Assembly (NCBI GenBank): GCA_010093605.1
Contig: MU004186.1
Location: 1,840,616-1,904,615 of the forward strand
Direction: 5' to 3'
Length of the DNA: 64,000 nt
Origin: Lophium mytilinum
Lineage: Eukaryota
The notes beneath the pieces were generated by a model that was given only the letters and a program-made list of their open reading frames with translations, ran no database searches and had not been told where the DNA came from. Below, piece by piece: positions 61,452 through 64,000 of the stretch. Every line of letters starts with the position of its first letter. Position 1 is the first letter of the stretch. Both the position numbers and the translations under genes were made by a program.

Positions 61452-62745
61452 TCAAAGCTCCCCAGAGGATCCAGTACGATCCTCCGTCTTCGTAGTAACA
61501 TGACTAGATTCTAGCACCGCACCCCCGGCAGTCGTCGCATGAGCCCCTTTACGGCTTCCAAACGCCATCCCAATACCCTTCGCTATATCCGTAAGATTAA
61601 CAGCATCAACAACCACTCTCATCGTGCGCCTTCCAAAGCCGCCAGCGAGGCTCCCTCGCCGATAAGGCGACGGGGAGAACGCCCAGACGAACGAGAGCAC
61701 AAAGAGCACCATTTCGAGACAGATAATGACTGCAGGCACGCCGATAATCCAGTCGAAGTACGTGAGGCGGGGCGTGGCATCTCTAAGCGTGACGCGGTCG
61801 ACGGCGGCGAAGACGACGAGCTCGAGCGTGGCGAGGATGACGAGGCCTTTGAAGCAGGCGAGCTTCCGGGCGACGTGGCGGCCCGCGAGGGCCTGCTTCA
61901 GGCGGAGCGAGTAGTTGATGATGGCGGTGATAGCGGCGGAGGTGGAGAGGGCGTTGATGATACGCAGGACGAGGCGGGCGCGGCTATAGGCAAGGGACGT
62001 GGGACAGAGGAGTGCGGTGGTGACTTCTGTTGCGATGGTGGTCGCGAAGACGATGACGGGGTATTGGAATACCGCGATCCAGGTTCTCTAGATTCGAGAT
62101 GTCAGAAAGAATGATGTGGCTGGGTTTAGGAGGAATTTTACCTTAAGCCAGAGAGCGCTGCTCTTACTTCGTTGTGACTTGTTTCGGAGGCTGCTTGGGT
62201 TGCCTCGACACCCGATCTCTACGCATAAATCGCCAATTGTTGTAGTTGGAGCTGAGAGCGGATCCGGTATGATATAGTTGACGCAAAGCAGGAAGATTGA
62301 GGCAAGGGCGATGGTTTCGCACAGTTTTGCAAATGGCTCTATGTAGGGAGCGGCAGTGTAGGACGCGATACAAGCAAGACCGAAGATGGAGAAAATGGCA
62401 GGAATCCAGATGATCCGTATAATCCTGAGGTTCATACATTTAGATCTAGATCTGCATACATAAACAGCTTGAATACTCACAGCTTCTGTTCGGCAGGGTT
62501 GGTGTAGTAACGTATATGGAGCCCGGTGAGAAACAACGTGATAAGAATAGTCGCTCCGGTGGTGGCGGCAGCCACGATGAGGATGATGCGTTGGAAGGTG
62601 AAACCATCGGAAAACGGTACTTTGCTTGCTGCAGCGACGTGAGTAGGTTACACTTCAAAATTTGCATCATTCTACGAGTCTTACTCGCGAGCTTTGGTAC
62701 AATACAGCCTGACTGTGACCGGAGAGATGGGATATGATAGTGCAT
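61452..62745 (-). CDS. TMEM184 / organic solute transporter alpha family membrane protein
   Basis: HIRYYTNPAEQ, IIRIIWIPAIFS, CETIALASIFLL, ICLEMVLF..WAFSPSPY; spliced, start approximate. Confidence 0.78.
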
Positions 62746-64000
62746 GGCGTCGAACAATACACAAAAATTTGGGTAATTTTCACAAGTATTTTACAGGAGA
62801 TGTGACGTCGGAAGGGATGAGGATGTAGAGATAAACAAGAACAAGATAGCGGGTTGAGCATCCATCTTATAGGCCTCGGGGTAGCAATAGAGGAACAAGG
62901 TTCCTTGCGGCGGCGTGTGGATCCTCATCATTCGACAAGCTACTGCACATTGAAACAGGAGTGATGTCTTGTTCAAGAACAAGACCTGAGGCTGTGGGCG
63001 TTCGGAGCTATTGATGCTGGTGTTGCGGCTCGTGGATTGTAGCCCAAATCATGTGCTCGCAGCGAGGTGCCGGTTTGGGCTTAGGCCATTGTAGCACTAG
63101 GACCACTAGGACTCAATAACGTCCAATAGCCTGAAGGTTGAGGATCTCCGGTACGGCTGTGCTAGCCTCCGCCCCCAAATCCTGGGGCCGACTATCTCGG
63201 CGACTTATGTGTATTTCCCTGATATTCGGCGCGGCTTCGGGTTTCGCGCTGCTCAGCTTCCAGGTTCTTGGAAATGAGACTTTACACTTCCAATCATGAC
63301 CAGTGCCACTGATCGATGCCGCTGCTTCTTTTATCCTTCAATCAGCACGCTAGGGTAGCTATAGTTCAAGCTTATGCAGCCAATTTCCACCTCACGATTG
63401 GCTTGCAACACCGGCTAGTATTGTTCTCGCGCCACTTGACCTTTCTTGGAGCAGGGCTGATACTCAAAAGCGGAAGTCTTTACTGAGGTTCGGTGCAACA
63501 AAGCATCTTAATCTTCCTCACGAGATCACCTGATTATCTCTCACTGGATTGCTGTATGGCCATGCTGTCTTATTGTGACAGAAAGGTTTGTCTAAACCCG
63601 GTCGTCGGGTCTGAAAATGTGTACGAATCAGCCCCTTCACTCACCCTCTCATTCTGCCTAGGCTGATAGAAACCAAGGGGAGGTAACTTAGTAAACCGCT
63701 TGCAGAATTCGAACCCAAACTCGTCTGAAATCCGGCAAAGTACTCCACTGACCCAAGACAACTCGTGTGGCTCAGTCTGCCCTGAAAGCATAAACACTAA
63801 TACACTAGTATCGACGTCAGTCACTGGTCGACAACGAAGAGATTTGGGTGAAACGCTTACCATCCTCGTAGCGGCCCGAGTAGCCTGAGCAACTGTCTTC
63901 TTGGGTACTGTGGTTGTGTGAAGTTCTCTGTGCTACGGGCTATCTCTCTTGCTACAGTAAGAGTAGTCATCCCTTCGTGGGGTAGGGCGATTGCGTTGCT

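Overview
Filamentous ascomycete (Pezizomycotina, probably Dothideomycete) genomic DNA with spliceosomal introns. The first ~14 kb is an accessory region: a co-oriented array of small, basic, single-exon minus-strand genes and pseudogenes sharing short motifs and flanking DNA. It is interrupted by a ~3.3 kb cassette bounded by inverted repeats (4716-8035). The cassette holds a RIP-mutated Fot1/pogo transposon end and an intact, spliced 356-aa gene with a Cys/His-rich N-terminal domain followed by nine Y-[YV]-P-[KT]-W-F repeats. This gene is the best novelty candidate: a possible fused enzyme-precursor peptide (RiPP-like) system unlike known Kex2-type fungal precursors. The rest of the window holds core genes (AAA ATPase, MFS/MCT transporter, WD40 protein, V-ATPase B, PtaB/Mfg1-like regulator, dynactin p150, TMEM184/OSTalpha-like). 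Interspersed are three HET-domain genes (one with a CAA>TAA stop) and a small HeLo/STAND-N-like gene. All family assignments come from motif recognition by eye, not database searches.
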